DNA of 64,000 bases from Mytilus edulis (Eukaryota), in contig NC_092353.1 in assembly GCF_963676685.1 (NCBI RefSeq), forward strand, positions 5,146,001-5,210,000, read 5' to 3'. Shown here piece by piece: positions 15,201-27,459 of this stretch. Below the pieces are notes generated by a model, which saw nothing but the letters and a program-made list of their open reading frames with translations, was not told the DNA's origin and did no database searches. Position numbers and translations under genes: made by a program. Each line of letters starts with the position of its first letter. Within the stretch, counting starts at the first letter, position 1.

Positions 15201-18200
15201 TAGTTTGAATTACTTTGTATTTTTCAGTCCTTCCGATCTTGAGGCAGATTTAGAAGATAACCAGGACTATGACAGTACAGTCAGTCATTCAGAAACCAAC
15301 TTATCTGTCATTGGAAAATCTGAATCAACTGATTCTAACACCTATAGTCCAAAAACTTCTCGTCCTCCTAATTCTGTATATTCTAGGATTTCCCCCTCTG
15401 ATCCCACCTTGTCGTATAAACCAAGTTCACCAAGAAACAATCTTCTATGGGAGTCACCACGCACAAATAAACAATCATCTCCTTCAAGTGATCATGACAA
15501 TAGAACAACTCATACTGTGTTAAATCGATTCCCATTTGCGGCTAATCAAAACCAGAACAAAGATTCTGACCTATCAAATAAACCAAAATCATTTCCCTCG
15601 GTGCTTTCACGATTCCCACAGTCAAATCATGACCAAGAGAACAAGTCACAGTCAAATATAGAAAAAGACAGTCAAAAACAGTCATATCATGATTCCAGTC
15701 AGTTTAGATCCACTTATCGTGACCTTGATAGCAAATCAAGGACACATGATGTGGAGACTAAAACTAAATCTCCACCTTCATATCGTGGTAACCATGGTAT
15801 CACAGAAAACCAAACAGGATCTCATCACCGTGAAAAGTTCATGGAAAATTTGAACAGTTCTAATCAACGACGATATCCTCGACATAATTTTGAGGATTCT
15901 TCATCAAAATTAGACGAGGAAAGAGCAAAGTTCAAAGAGGAAAAGACTAAGTTAGAAAAGGTTGGTGTGCTTTAAAACACTATTTTTCAAATGAGAAAAT
16001 GGGGAAAATGCCTGTACCAAGTCAGGAGTAGTACAATTGTTATCCATTCATTTGACTTGTTTGAGCTTTTGAATTTGCCATTTGCTTAGGGACTTTCCAT
16101 TTTGAATTTTCCTCAGAGTTCAGTAATGTTGTTATTACACTTTTTGCAAAGAATACTTAAACATTAGATATTTACTTATTTGGCATTATTTGCAGAAGTT
16201 ATTTTCTAGTCCATTGACAATGTATCTACACTATTTAATGGTGTTAATCTATTTTAAAACATTCATGGGGCCCTTTATAGCTTGTTGTTCGGTGTGAGCT
16301 AAGGCTCCGTGTTGAAGGCCGTACTTTAACCTATAATGGTTTACTTTTTAAATTGTTATTTGTATGGAGAGTTGTCTCATTGGCACTCACACCACATCTT
16401 CCTATATCTATATATGTATATTGTGTTATCTACTCAAAATTAATCTATACAGTTTAATCCATTGAAAATATTTAATTCTTATTAAAGTAATTGAATGTTA
16501 AATTATGCCAACACTTTTTAGAAACTTGATGAAGAGAGAGAAGAAAACAGACAGTTGAAATCTATGCTAGAAAACAGAGATCAGAAAATAGTGGAGTTAG
16601 AACGAGAAATTTATTGTCTGAACAAGGTAAAATATATTTAAATCACACTTTATTATGTTAAATATTTGCAACCATTTATAAATTTATGATTGTTAAAAAA
16701 AATTAATGATAGGAAGCGCAGCAAACATACAAAATTCAAAAGTGAGCACACCATTAGCTTTGACTAATTGGGAATACCATTGGAGCAGGACATAAAACAT
16801 TATAATTAATCTCTAAATACAAATTTGTTTAAATCAAAAAGAGGAAAAACTTTCATAGTTTGTGATAATCAATATTCTCTCCAAACTAAGTCTAGTTTTG
16901 CTTTGAAATTCCAGCAGATGTGAACTGGTAAGAAAACCTGTTGTCAGCTTCAGCATGACCATTATCATTTGAATTATCCCCCCTTTGTTTTAATAGATTG
17001 CAAGAGAATCTGTTTAGACTATTTGAAATTTTTGTTTATCAGGCTGCACCCATATATTAGTCTCTTGTCAGCAGTGGATACAGGATTTGAGGTTAAGAGT
17101 GGGGGGAGCAAACATAAATGTTAGCACAGCAGAGATTTTTTTTTTTTAGGCAAGATTATAGAAATATCCTTTATTAGGATGGGGACAACCCATGCTTTGC
17201 AAATTAAAGGGGGGGGGGGGGCCACACATCCACCTGAATCTGCCTGCCCCTGCTTGTGGAGAGTTGTCTCATTGACAATCATACCACATCTTCTGATTTC
17301 TATATTGACACATATAAGATCAATCCTTAAGTGGACACCTTTTGTCATGGATTTTAATATTAAAGTAAACATCAGTTGTCATGGATTTTAATACTCGTCC
17401 TAGATTTTAGTGGCAACATATATCAGGGATATGAATAACCAACACATTTAAAAAAAAGCTTTGCAACCAAAGTTTCTTTAAATGAGCTGTATTTTATCTT
17501 ATTATTTGAAGAATTTTATTTTGATAATATTTAATTTTATGTATAAATTATTGTTTAATCTTCAGTTTGTTCCTTAGTTTATTAATTAAAATGCTTATTT
17601 TCATGAATGAGGGTTTATTATCTAACCATTTACTTTGTAAACATCAATGTGCATCTTGATTTGCCTGTAACATTTTTTACGCAGTACCCAGCATGTAATA
17701 TTGTGTGTTGCATATTCTGTAATGAAGTACAAATTAGTTGACATTTCTGAAAAAAGGATCAGTTTAATCGATTGAAATAACTATAAATTGATGTAATTTT
17801 ATTAAATTTCTAAACAAACAGAAATGTTTATTTTTATCTCAGGAGTTGTTTAGATTACTATAGATGTTATAACTTTAATGGAGACATCTGAGGCACAACA
17901 AGAATACCATGTTTTGTTAGATTTTTTTACAAAGCACACAAAAGTGTCATATGAGAATGAAAAATAATACAGACAAAAAAATATTAATTAAGAAGGTGGT
18001 ATGATTGAGAATGAGACAACTGTCCACCAGAGACGAAGGGATGAGGACATAAACAACTGTAGGTGATAATGCACAGCCTTCAACAATTAGGAAAACCTAT
18101 ACCATTTCATACCTGCCAACTTTTCAAAATCCCCATGGGGGTTTTGCGTGCAAGATGGCTGTCCTAGTCCTAAAAAACCTTCAAGGGGGCCTTCAAATAC

Positions 18201-19176
18201 ATTTAAATGTTGTTTTTTGGCTTCTTCATACTTTAATAACATCAATAAGTCTAAAGTCATTGTAAAATTAATTGTTTTGTTTAAAATTGTGGACAAAATT
18301 GCTCTTTCAAAATTTCAATTTGGGAACCTCCATGGGGGAAATCCCCCACAAATAGTGACAGTTTACAGGTATGCCATTTAATTAGCTATAAAAGCATAAA
18401 AAAAAATGCAAAACAAATAAAAAGAGATATAATTTATAGCAAATGTCTGAACAAAAAATAATATTTTTATTTTTATCTTGAGAAAACTGGAATGACAAAC
18501 AACAAAAATACAACCAAATAAACCTGTGACAATTCTGCTTCTATTGATACCAGTTGCTTAAGGTCAATCCAGAAATGACCCCAAAATAATTTGGTGAAAA
18601 AATGTAGTTTTATATGAACTATACAGTGAAAAATCTCAAGTCAGGAATACTTATGGCCACACTCTGTACTTTATCAATAATGATACATTTCTTCAGGATG
18701 TATTACTAATAACTCTTCTTATGAATTAATATATGTGGTCAGTACCACATATGAAGGTTAAAGCCTTTAACTAAAGGTAGTCCCTCGTAAGCTCAGTTGT
18801 CGACTGAGCAAAAATGATTAATTATTTATTTATTATTTATCTATAGACGTATTTACACTTGTATGCAAATTTGTCCGCCATTCCGTAAAATCACACAGGT
18901 TCCCGTAAACTTTGACATCATAATTTAAATTAATTGACTTCACAATTTAAAAGTGATTGTTGCTTGACGTCAAAAGGTGATTCGGAGTAGATCTAAGGTC
19001 ATTCGGAGGCAAGATTCAGCTAAATACCAAAAGTGTAAATACGTTTATTGATCAACATATTAAATTAAAAACATTTATTTTAGGATCTTGAGGACTTGGA
19101 TGAAGACTATCAGAAACTACAAGTAGAGAACCATGCATTGATTAGAACAGTATCACAGCTTAGTACAAGAGTTTGA
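3293..19176 (+). CDS. PAWR: PRKC apoptosis WT1 regulator (Par-4) homologue, 6 coding exons, ~498 aa
   Basis: Exons 3293-3613, 7512-7712, 11849-11892, 15228-15960, 16522-16626 and 19084-19176 all have GT..AG boundaries and consistent phases. Conserved Par-4 motif KRKLREKRRSTGVV and (K/Q)QNT..NEA. C-terminal leucine zipper NKDLEDLDEDYQKLQVENHALIRTVSQL. Confidence 0.88.
4100..5267. mobile_element. Non-autonomous DNA transposon/MITE with long TIRs and subterminal repeats; contains an inserted short repeat at ~4820-5055
   Basis: Left end tgtaggactctaaagtgcgatgg and right end ccattgcactttagagtcctaca are inverted. TA-rich flanks. Repeated (c)gctaaagt(g)cgatgg motifs near both ends. Confidence 0.8.
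5541..6007. mobile_element. Probable MITE
   Basis: Imperfect terminal inverted repeats ggtccgagaccac / gtggtatcggacc. Confidence 0.5.
9358..10994. mobile_element. Non-autonomous DNA transposon with ~40-bp TIRs
   Basis: aaaaatatgtttgtttgcagttttccgac near 9370 is inverted to gtcggtaaactgcaaacaaacaatattttt near 10955-10982. Interior is degenerate and non-coding. Confidence 0.65.
12093..14727. repeat. 25-bp minisatellite (gaaagaagaacactgtgatctact(c/t/g)) in PAWR intron 3, with an orientation switch at ~13880-13896
   Basis: About 70 forward units (12093-13880), about 30 reverse-complement units (13896-14680), then a short forward tail. Confidence 0.95.
18843..19048. mobile_element. Short hairpin/MITE-like element with a TGACGTCA-containing core
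   Basis: TIR atagacgtatttacactt / aagtgtaaatacgtttat. Core is homologous to the element at 60464-60625. Confidence 0.7.
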
Positions 19177-19899
19177 TACCAGTTGAGGGACCAGTAGATA
19201 TATACCAGTTCACAGAACAAATACTTTTTATTCCCATTTATTATGAATCATTTTTGGTTATCTATTTTAAGATATTTGCTTTTAATGAATAGTTATACAT
19301 GTATCATGTATATGATAATGTAAATCATGTTACCAAACTATTGTCTTTCTGTTTCAAGAACAGCTCCACAGCCTCAGCCAAATAATTAAAATATTTGAAG
19401 CATGAGCAAAATAGCTCCATTGTTTCTCAAACGTACTGAAAGTTTTATCAACTTCCTAGAAGAGATGGAAGATAGATTATCAAGCTTTTTTCAAATATAA
19501 TAACCGAATCAATAGATTCAATTTTGAATGATATTTCTTGTACCCTTTTAATCTCTATCATGAATCTCCATTTTGCTTTTTTATTGATGTTTTAAAAATA
19601 TTGGTTGATATTTTATGGCAGTAGCTTATAAATGCATTTTTAAGGTATGACCTCATGAATGTCGGTCAGAGACTAAGGGTTCATCTGACTTTGACCTTAT
19701 TATATGATGGTTGAGAGGTGTTATTGATATCCCGCTAAAAAGTGATCATGATTTATCCTGGTTCTTTGTTTAATGTGGTTTTTTTGTGATAATGTTGGCT
19801 GTTCAGATTCTAAAAGTAAAAGACAACTATATTTGGTGTAAAGAATACTGGTTAGGTGTAATGGTAAATACACATCTGACCGAGTTATTTTGACTTTTT

Positions 19900-20163
19900 T
19901 TTATGCCCCATTTATGCCCCATTATGTTTTCTGATCTGTGCATTCGTCCGTTCGTCCTGCTTCAGGTTAAAGTTTTTGTTCGAGGTAATTTTTGATGAAG
20001 TTGAAGTCCAATCAACTTGAAACTTAGTAAACGATGTTCCCTATGATAAGATCTTTCTAATTTTAATGCCAAATTAGAGATTTTTTCCTATTTTCATGGT
20101 CCACTGAGCTTAGAAAAATGATAGTGTGAATGGGGCATCAGTGTACTGGGGACACATTCTTGT
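19900..20163 (-). repeat. Interspersed repeat family copy (Helentron-associated/DINE-like architecture); other copies at ~29697-29956 and ~31100-31393
   Basis: Shared sequence aacaagaatgtgtcc..agtacacagatgcccc...aagtttcaagttgattg...ataaatggggcat, with a gacg/gaca microsatellite stretch. The 19.9-kb copy is reverse-complemented. Confidence 0.6.
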
Positions 20164-22654
20164 TTATTGATCATTTTGTTTTTGTATTCTCTGTAAAAAG
20201 AAATTGATCTTAAAACTTTTGAAAATAAAATTTATTGCTTTTTGAAAGTTTCTTGCAAGCCAGTTTATTTTGTTTGTGCTTTTATAAAATAATATTAGGA
20301 TTCATCAATATGTTTTAATACATTATCATTAAAACCAAAAAAGAATATGTTTTTTTTTTATTAATCAAAATTTGAGTGAAGGAGCAGTATGAATTTATTT
20401 GTTTGTGTAGTCAGAAGATAATTTTGTACACACTGACTGAACCCTTATATTGTAATCTTTGACTAGTCATTGTAACTGTCTCTTATACTGTCAGAATAAA
20501 GCCTCTTCTGCTCTAGTAAACTTTCTTGTATTATAAATATGTTTTCTGTTGTTTGTATTTTAAGGGTCCATTTGATAGATATATTTGTTAAAACGTAGAA
20601 GTGGAAAATGCATTTAATCTTTTTTATTTATTTAAAACAGTCATATTTTCATTTTATTGTAAACAATTCAGGTGTTTCTTTACACAGTGCAAAAGCGTAG
20701 ATATTAAAATACTTGTGGATTCATTCGTCAATTTTGTGGATTTGAGGGGTAATAGGGGAAACTGTAAATTAAAATACTCAACAAAATATAAATATTCATA
20801 TACTTGATTAAAAATGATTCTACCCCTTAATTGAAAACCCTTCAAATAGACATGTACCTAAACAAAAACTTTTATACCATCAAAATATAAATAAATCCAC
20901 AGTGTTTTTTTTTTTTTTTTAGGTTTGTTCATAAAATCCATAAACCTTCATAATACTGGTCATTTTGACAAACATATCTTCCAACAATCGGCATTGGCAC
21001 AATACATCTTATTAATGGCATTTATCATATTTGATAACAATAGAGTCCTAACAAAAGTATTTCACCTTTTAATCAGAATATGACATTTAAGAGGAAGCTC
21101 AATAAACACCTGTAGAATGGAAAGATTTATAGAGGAAGCTCTGTAACATTCACTTTGTGGATACACAGGCATTAGATTGTTTAGTGTATAGAAATGTTTG
21201 TTTATATTTATCTGCACATATTTTACAAATAAAATGTTATCTTTCTTAGTCCATCTACAAAAAAGGTATACAAATCAGCATGTTTATTTATGTTGGTGGC
21301 ATGTCTAATACCTAAAACATTTAGCCATAAACATTAGGAGCATTATTCTTGTTTGTTTTCATTCTGATTTGTAGTTTAAGATTGTTTTCATTATTTGGCT
21401 TTAAGCCTTAGATACCATTACATATCAAGGGGACATAACTCCTGTAGGGTTATTAGCTCTAGAACTGCCTGTAGAGTGTCTGCTACCTAGTAGCTTTCAG
21501 GGTTTATAATCTGCTCGTCAGATGCTTAGCAATTTTCATTTAATAGCAGTATAGGAACTAGATATTTTAATCAGTGTTTCATATTTTTGTTTACTTTGAT
21601 TTTACATATAAAATTTGTTCCAAATTGAGTGCTAGTTTGTTTTGTTTGCTTGTTTAATTAACCTTCTTTGTATTAACTAGTATTTTATGTTGTATCTTTT
21701 TGTGAAACTGGGAGAATGAATCAATAATGCTTATTTTTGAACTGCTTTTTATCAAAATATAGAAGTATTTAATACCTGTACAGTGTATAATTGCACTTGA
21801 GTTTTTTTCTAAAATATGTTTACATGGTAGGACCATTTCAAAAATGATGTATAGAAAGTATAAGATATCTACCATCCTGTTGATGAAACACTGGAGAGTA
21901 GTTCCAAATTTTGTTCACAGATTTGAGTTCAAATACAAATTTAAAATTTTTAAAAGAAACAGTTTTTGTGTTGATCTGAGATTTTAAAGATGTTACAATG
22001 TAAGAAACCTGAACTTCTATAATTTTTGACTAATGTAACATTAACATATACCAGCATAGGATTTAAGGTGAAATTTTTTAATCTAAAATGTCTATTTAAC
22101 CAAGAAATCACTAACGCAAGCACTGTAAATTCAGAAATTATTGCATGCATTAATAATTGCGTGCATTTATTATTGTGATTTTGTCATTTTTGACTTAAAT
22201 GCGATTTTAATTTCTACGATGTTGAGAAAAATCCTGTTTAATTCATACAAATATTTCATATGCTAGTTTAAATTGTGTTTACAACTCTGTCGCATTTTTT
22301 GCAATAATAAAAACCTCACAATAATTTCTGAATTTACATTATTATGTGTTCTTGAATGATGCAATCTACAGTAATTATTATTGTTTAAATGTTAAGTTTG
22401 CGTGTTTCTGTTGAACGGTAGATATTCAGATATACCTGATGTACAAGCACTGTGATTTTAATAGTTGTGATAATATATAAGACGTCTAATATCAAATCAA
22501 ACTCACTTTGTATCTACTTATTATAACATAGAGTTCGGTAAAAACACTTTTATTTAGGATATAATTTTGTTTAACTTGTAATCCTTGTTTTTTTGGCCTA
22601 CAATCGTTAAGTGTATATTTTGAAAACATAATATTTTGTCAGAATCAATGAAAG

Positions 22655-23160
22655 ATGGTACATTGTGTACCTCTGGAACACATATGTGTTGCTCAGTTTG
22701 TACATTGTGTACCTCTGGAACACATATGTGTTGCTCAGTTTGTACATTGTGTACCTCTGGAATGACATATGTTTAGCTAAGTTTGTACATTGTGTACCTC
22801 TGGAACACATATATGTTGCTCAGTTTGTACATTGTGTACCTCTGGAACAACATATGTTTAGCTAAGTTTGTACATTGTGTACCTCTGGAATGACATATGT
22901 GTAGCTAAGTTTGTACATTGTGTACCTCTGGAATGACATATGTGTAGCTAAGTTTGTACATTGTGTACCTCTGGAATGACATATGTGTAGCTAAGTTTGT
23001 ACATTGTGTACCTCTGGAATGACATATGTGTAGCTAAGTTTGTACATTGTGTACCTCTGGAATGACATATGTGTTGCTCAGTTTGTACATTGGTACCTCT
23101 GGAATAACATATTTGTAACTAAGTTTGTACATGTTGAAATTCTGGAATGAGGTATGTGTA
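22655..23160. repeat. 41-43-bp tandem repeat, ~12 copies, downstream of the PAWR stop codon
   Basis: Unit gtttgtacattgtgtacctctggaatgacatatgtgtagctaa seen directly. Confidence 0.95.
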
Positions 23161-24030
23161 GCTATTGACTTAGAAACAAATGCTCTTTTTATATAATGAA
23201 TCTTTTGGGATGAAAAAATTTCAGTGTGATATATATAGTCAATAAGTTCCTCTAATATGAATGATTAATATGATATTTATCTTGGCTTTATATTCATCTG
23301 TATTTGCATACAAATTTGGCTAACAAATGTTTGAATATATGACCCTTAAAATGGAGTAATCAAACAGATTATAGGATTTTCGGATTCGCATATAAATAAA
23401 TAAGAATTGATCTCCGACAGGGATTTATTTGTGCAGAGAAATATTGGTTTAAAAATTTGACCAATCCATTAATAACCAGTGAGAATGTGTAATGTAATCA
23501 GAACTAGATTTATAGGGTCATCTATGTTGGTATTATTCATCCATGACTTGTTAAATCTCAGTATTTAGAATTTACCTCAATAATTTAAGCCTGCTGTTTC
23601 TCATTTATTTATAATGATTTTAGATAAACTCCTTTTATAACAGAAAATATCAAAATTTCATTATCAGTTAAATGAAATGTTTATTTAATATAATTCTGTT
23701 CTGTGAGGTTTAACAAATTTTAAATCCGAACTTCCAAAATTTATATAACCAGACTTGACAACAGGCTTGTTGTACAAACATATTAATCTCAGATATTTCA
23801 GGAAACACAAGGTTTTAATCATGTAGCTTCATATGCTAACAGCTGTGGGCAATTAGTGTATTAATGGCATAAATGTAGTATATGATACATGTGAAAAAAG
23901 GAGTTTATAACAATTTAGTTGTGTTCAAACAATGAATGTGAATCACTATATATAGATATATAGACGATGTTGTGTAGCACTTGATGTTTGTGATAAATGA
24001 TGGTTGTGATACAGAATGTGTTCAGGTTGT

Positions 24031-24418
24031 AAAACAGCTGTAATAACACAATAAAACTCATTTTATCTTCTCTTGTTTTTATTGGTCTATCAACTCCCTA
24101 AAACAGCTGTAATAACACAATAAAACTCATTTTATCTTCTCTTGTTTTTATTGGTCTATCAACTCACTAAAACAGCTGTAATAACACAATAAAACTCATT
24201 TTATCTGCACTTGTTTTTATTGGTCTATCAACTCCCTAAAACAGCTGTAATAACACAAAAAAAATCATTTTATCTTCTCTTGTTTTTATTGGTCTATCAA
24301 CTCCCTAAAACAGATGTAATAACACAGTAAAACTCATTTTATCTTCTCTTGTTTTTTTGGTCTATCAACTCCCTAAAACAGCTGTAATAACACAATAAAA
24401 CTCATTTTATCTTCACTT
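24031..24418. repeat. ~69-bp tandem repeat (~6 copies) containing AATAAA on both strands
   Basis: Unit aaaacagctgtaataacacaataaaactcattttatcttctcttgtttttattggtctatcaactccct. Confidence 0.92.
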
Positions 24419-27400
24419 TTTGTTTATCCTTGACAGATTAAAATATGAGACTGGTGTCTCCAGCAGCAGGGTCATCAGCAATGTATTAGTTTGTGATTAC
24501 GTCTAGTTTATGGTTAACCACTTGTGGTAGGTCAATAATTTGGTATGCAGTTGAATAAGCTTTGGCAGATATCAATGGAGAATACTTGGCCCTTTTCCGT
24601 ACTTTATTGTCTATTGACTGAAACTTTTGCTTAGTTAATGATTCTGTCAGTTTATGGGGAATCACTAGTGGTATATGTCAGTGATATTTTTATAAGCAGG
24701 TGTATGAACATTGGTATATCTCATTTCCTTAGATATTATTTGGCTCCGCTACCTCAGTTATGGTCTATTGACTTTGAAACTTGTGTATTAGTTTGTGATT
24801 AGGTCAATTCAAGGCAAACCCTTACTGGTAGGCTAATGTGGATTGGTATGCAGTTGTATAGGCATTAGCACATCTCATTTCCATGGAGAATATTTGACCT
24901 TGCCTCGTTAGTCATTTAGTCTATTGACTTTTAAACTTTTGCTTAGTTTACATGTACTGGTTTGTGATATGATCAGAGGAACCACTAGTGTTATAAAGTC
25001 AATGGTATTTGGTGTGCCAATTTATTTGCATTTGTAAGTCTCCTTTCCATTGAGATTATATAGTCCAACCCAGGGCTTCCAAAACGGTCATATATTCTGG
25101 TCATTTGTATAATGTCCGGTAAAAGTCCGGCTGGGCAAAGCATGAAACGGTCATCTACTTTTTAGTTTTCAAGGCTTTTTCTGTCATTTAAACAATTCAT
25201 AATAATCTTTTTGACTCAACCTTTTGCCTTTATCATCCACACATTTCCGGTCATAAAAGTGACATGATGATTAATTACTATCAAAACAACATCTACTTCA
25301 ATACTTCTAATTTTAATCAAGGCTAATTAGTTGTTGGACAGCTGAAATCTACAACTTCAACCCCCTAATCATGGTTCATTGACTGAAAATTAACATAAAT
25401 TACAAGTAAATGTTGGTGTTTAGCTTTGTTCAAAGAGAATGATTTATGATAATTCAATGTTATTTGATATTCATTGGCACTGCATTATTAACACAATAAA
25501 ATTCATTTCATCTTCTCTTGATTTTATTGGTAATATCATGAATGATTGCCAGTATATATTGGTGGAGGAAGCTTAAATGTTTAGATAGAAACAATGAACT
25601 TTTGTTGGAAAATTGGAAATCCTAATAAAATGCCTGATAAGTGCAGAGCTTGGAGTCTCAACCTCCAAGTTGACATGCTAGTGACACATTACATGGACTA
25701 CAAAGACCACTCAGCCACCTACAAAACCGTTCTATATATCAAATAAAATTTACCTGTTACTCATTTTGAGTGAAGAAATGTCTCGAGCACAAGTAATGAA
25801 CATTGATCAATAACCCTTCAAAACTTTATGGTCGGGTTATTCTGAATAGGTGGACAATGACATATTATGACAGTACTAAAGACCATGAAGTTGACATTTT
25901 GTGCACAGAGTAAATGAGAAACTGACCTTAGGATTAATAGATAACAATCATTGATAGATTCAAGGTCAAGTGACGCCAGTCATACCGCCAAGGTCTCTTG
26001 TGGAGAGTTGTCTGATTGGCAATCATACCACATCTTCTTTAATATATGGACACCTTGCAACCATTCTACAAACCAAATTTAGTTGACTTTTAACTAACAT
26101 TTTTAAATAGCTATGAACATGAAGTCAAGGACAGATAAACCCTGTCAGACAGACACATTCACTGAACAATTCAATACATCAAATTTAGTTGCTTATGGTA
26201 AATGAAAAAAATATGATTTTTCCATTGGTAAAGGGCATAACTCTAGAACAGTAAAAGTGATGGCACCAAAATTTAAACTGGATCTGTATATTGTGGAATA
26301 ATATAAGCATTGTGTATAAGTTTCATAACATTTGGTTGAGGCAAACTTAAGTTAAGAACGATTTTTCCATTTGTAAAGGGGCATAACTCTAGATCGGGAA
26401 AATTGACACCACCAAAATTCAAACTTGATCTGTATTTTTAATGGTAATAAGCATTGTGTAAAAGTTTCATAAAATTTAGTTGAGGGAGACTAAAGTTAGA
26501 GAATGGAAACCAACTTTGGAAAGTACGGACATGACGGACGTATGAACAGACAAACAAGGGTAAAACTAATGCCCCCACCACCATGGCTGGGGCATAAAAA
26601 CAGACTTAAACATAAAAACTTAACATTGAAACTGAAATAAGGTCAGTTTCAACCTAAATCACTGATGCATGAAATGATGCTGAAGTCACTTGAACCCTGT
26701 CTGACAGACATATAGACTTAGCAAGGATCCCATATACAAAATACAGTTATTTTATTGCTCATAAGTGAGTACCTCACATGACAAAATAAAATCTCTTTTT
26801 TTTTCAAGCAATTGATGAACCGTGAAAATGAGTTTAAGGACAATATGACAAACAGAATTTTCCTATCATAAGGCAGGCATCTGCATACAAGGTGTAAAGC
26901 ATCTTAGTCAATCTTAGTCACAAGTTTTTTTGTGAAACCACTCCTCATTCTATAAACAATGGACTGGAAATGAACATTCAAATAATAAACAAACACTTTT
27001 ATTTTAATCTCATTTAAATGCATATAAAAACAATAAACGTGAAAACCACATAAAATATATAAAACTTTTCAAAAAAGATTGTTGTTTTACTGAACACATA
27101 CATATGTACACATATAAAAAGAATATATGGTTAAATGTAGAGAAGATAAACATGTGATAGCTAATAATAAAACAATTGGGCTGTGTTCTATTGTTGTGCA
27201 AAACCCATATGACTAGAATATGACCCCACATATATTGCAAGTAAGAATTTTAGATAAAAATGCATTAATTATTTGCTTTCAAAAGTACATTGAATGAATA
27301 TCTAACATTAAACCCTTCCACCATTGCACAATTTTCAAACAGTTCATTACATTCAAGATTTAAATTTCATACCATTAAATATTGCTAATGGGAGAAAATA

Positions 27401-27459
27401 ATATCTTTCTTGTAGACAATGGTTTAAAATAAATATATCTCAAAATAAGGAAAATATTT

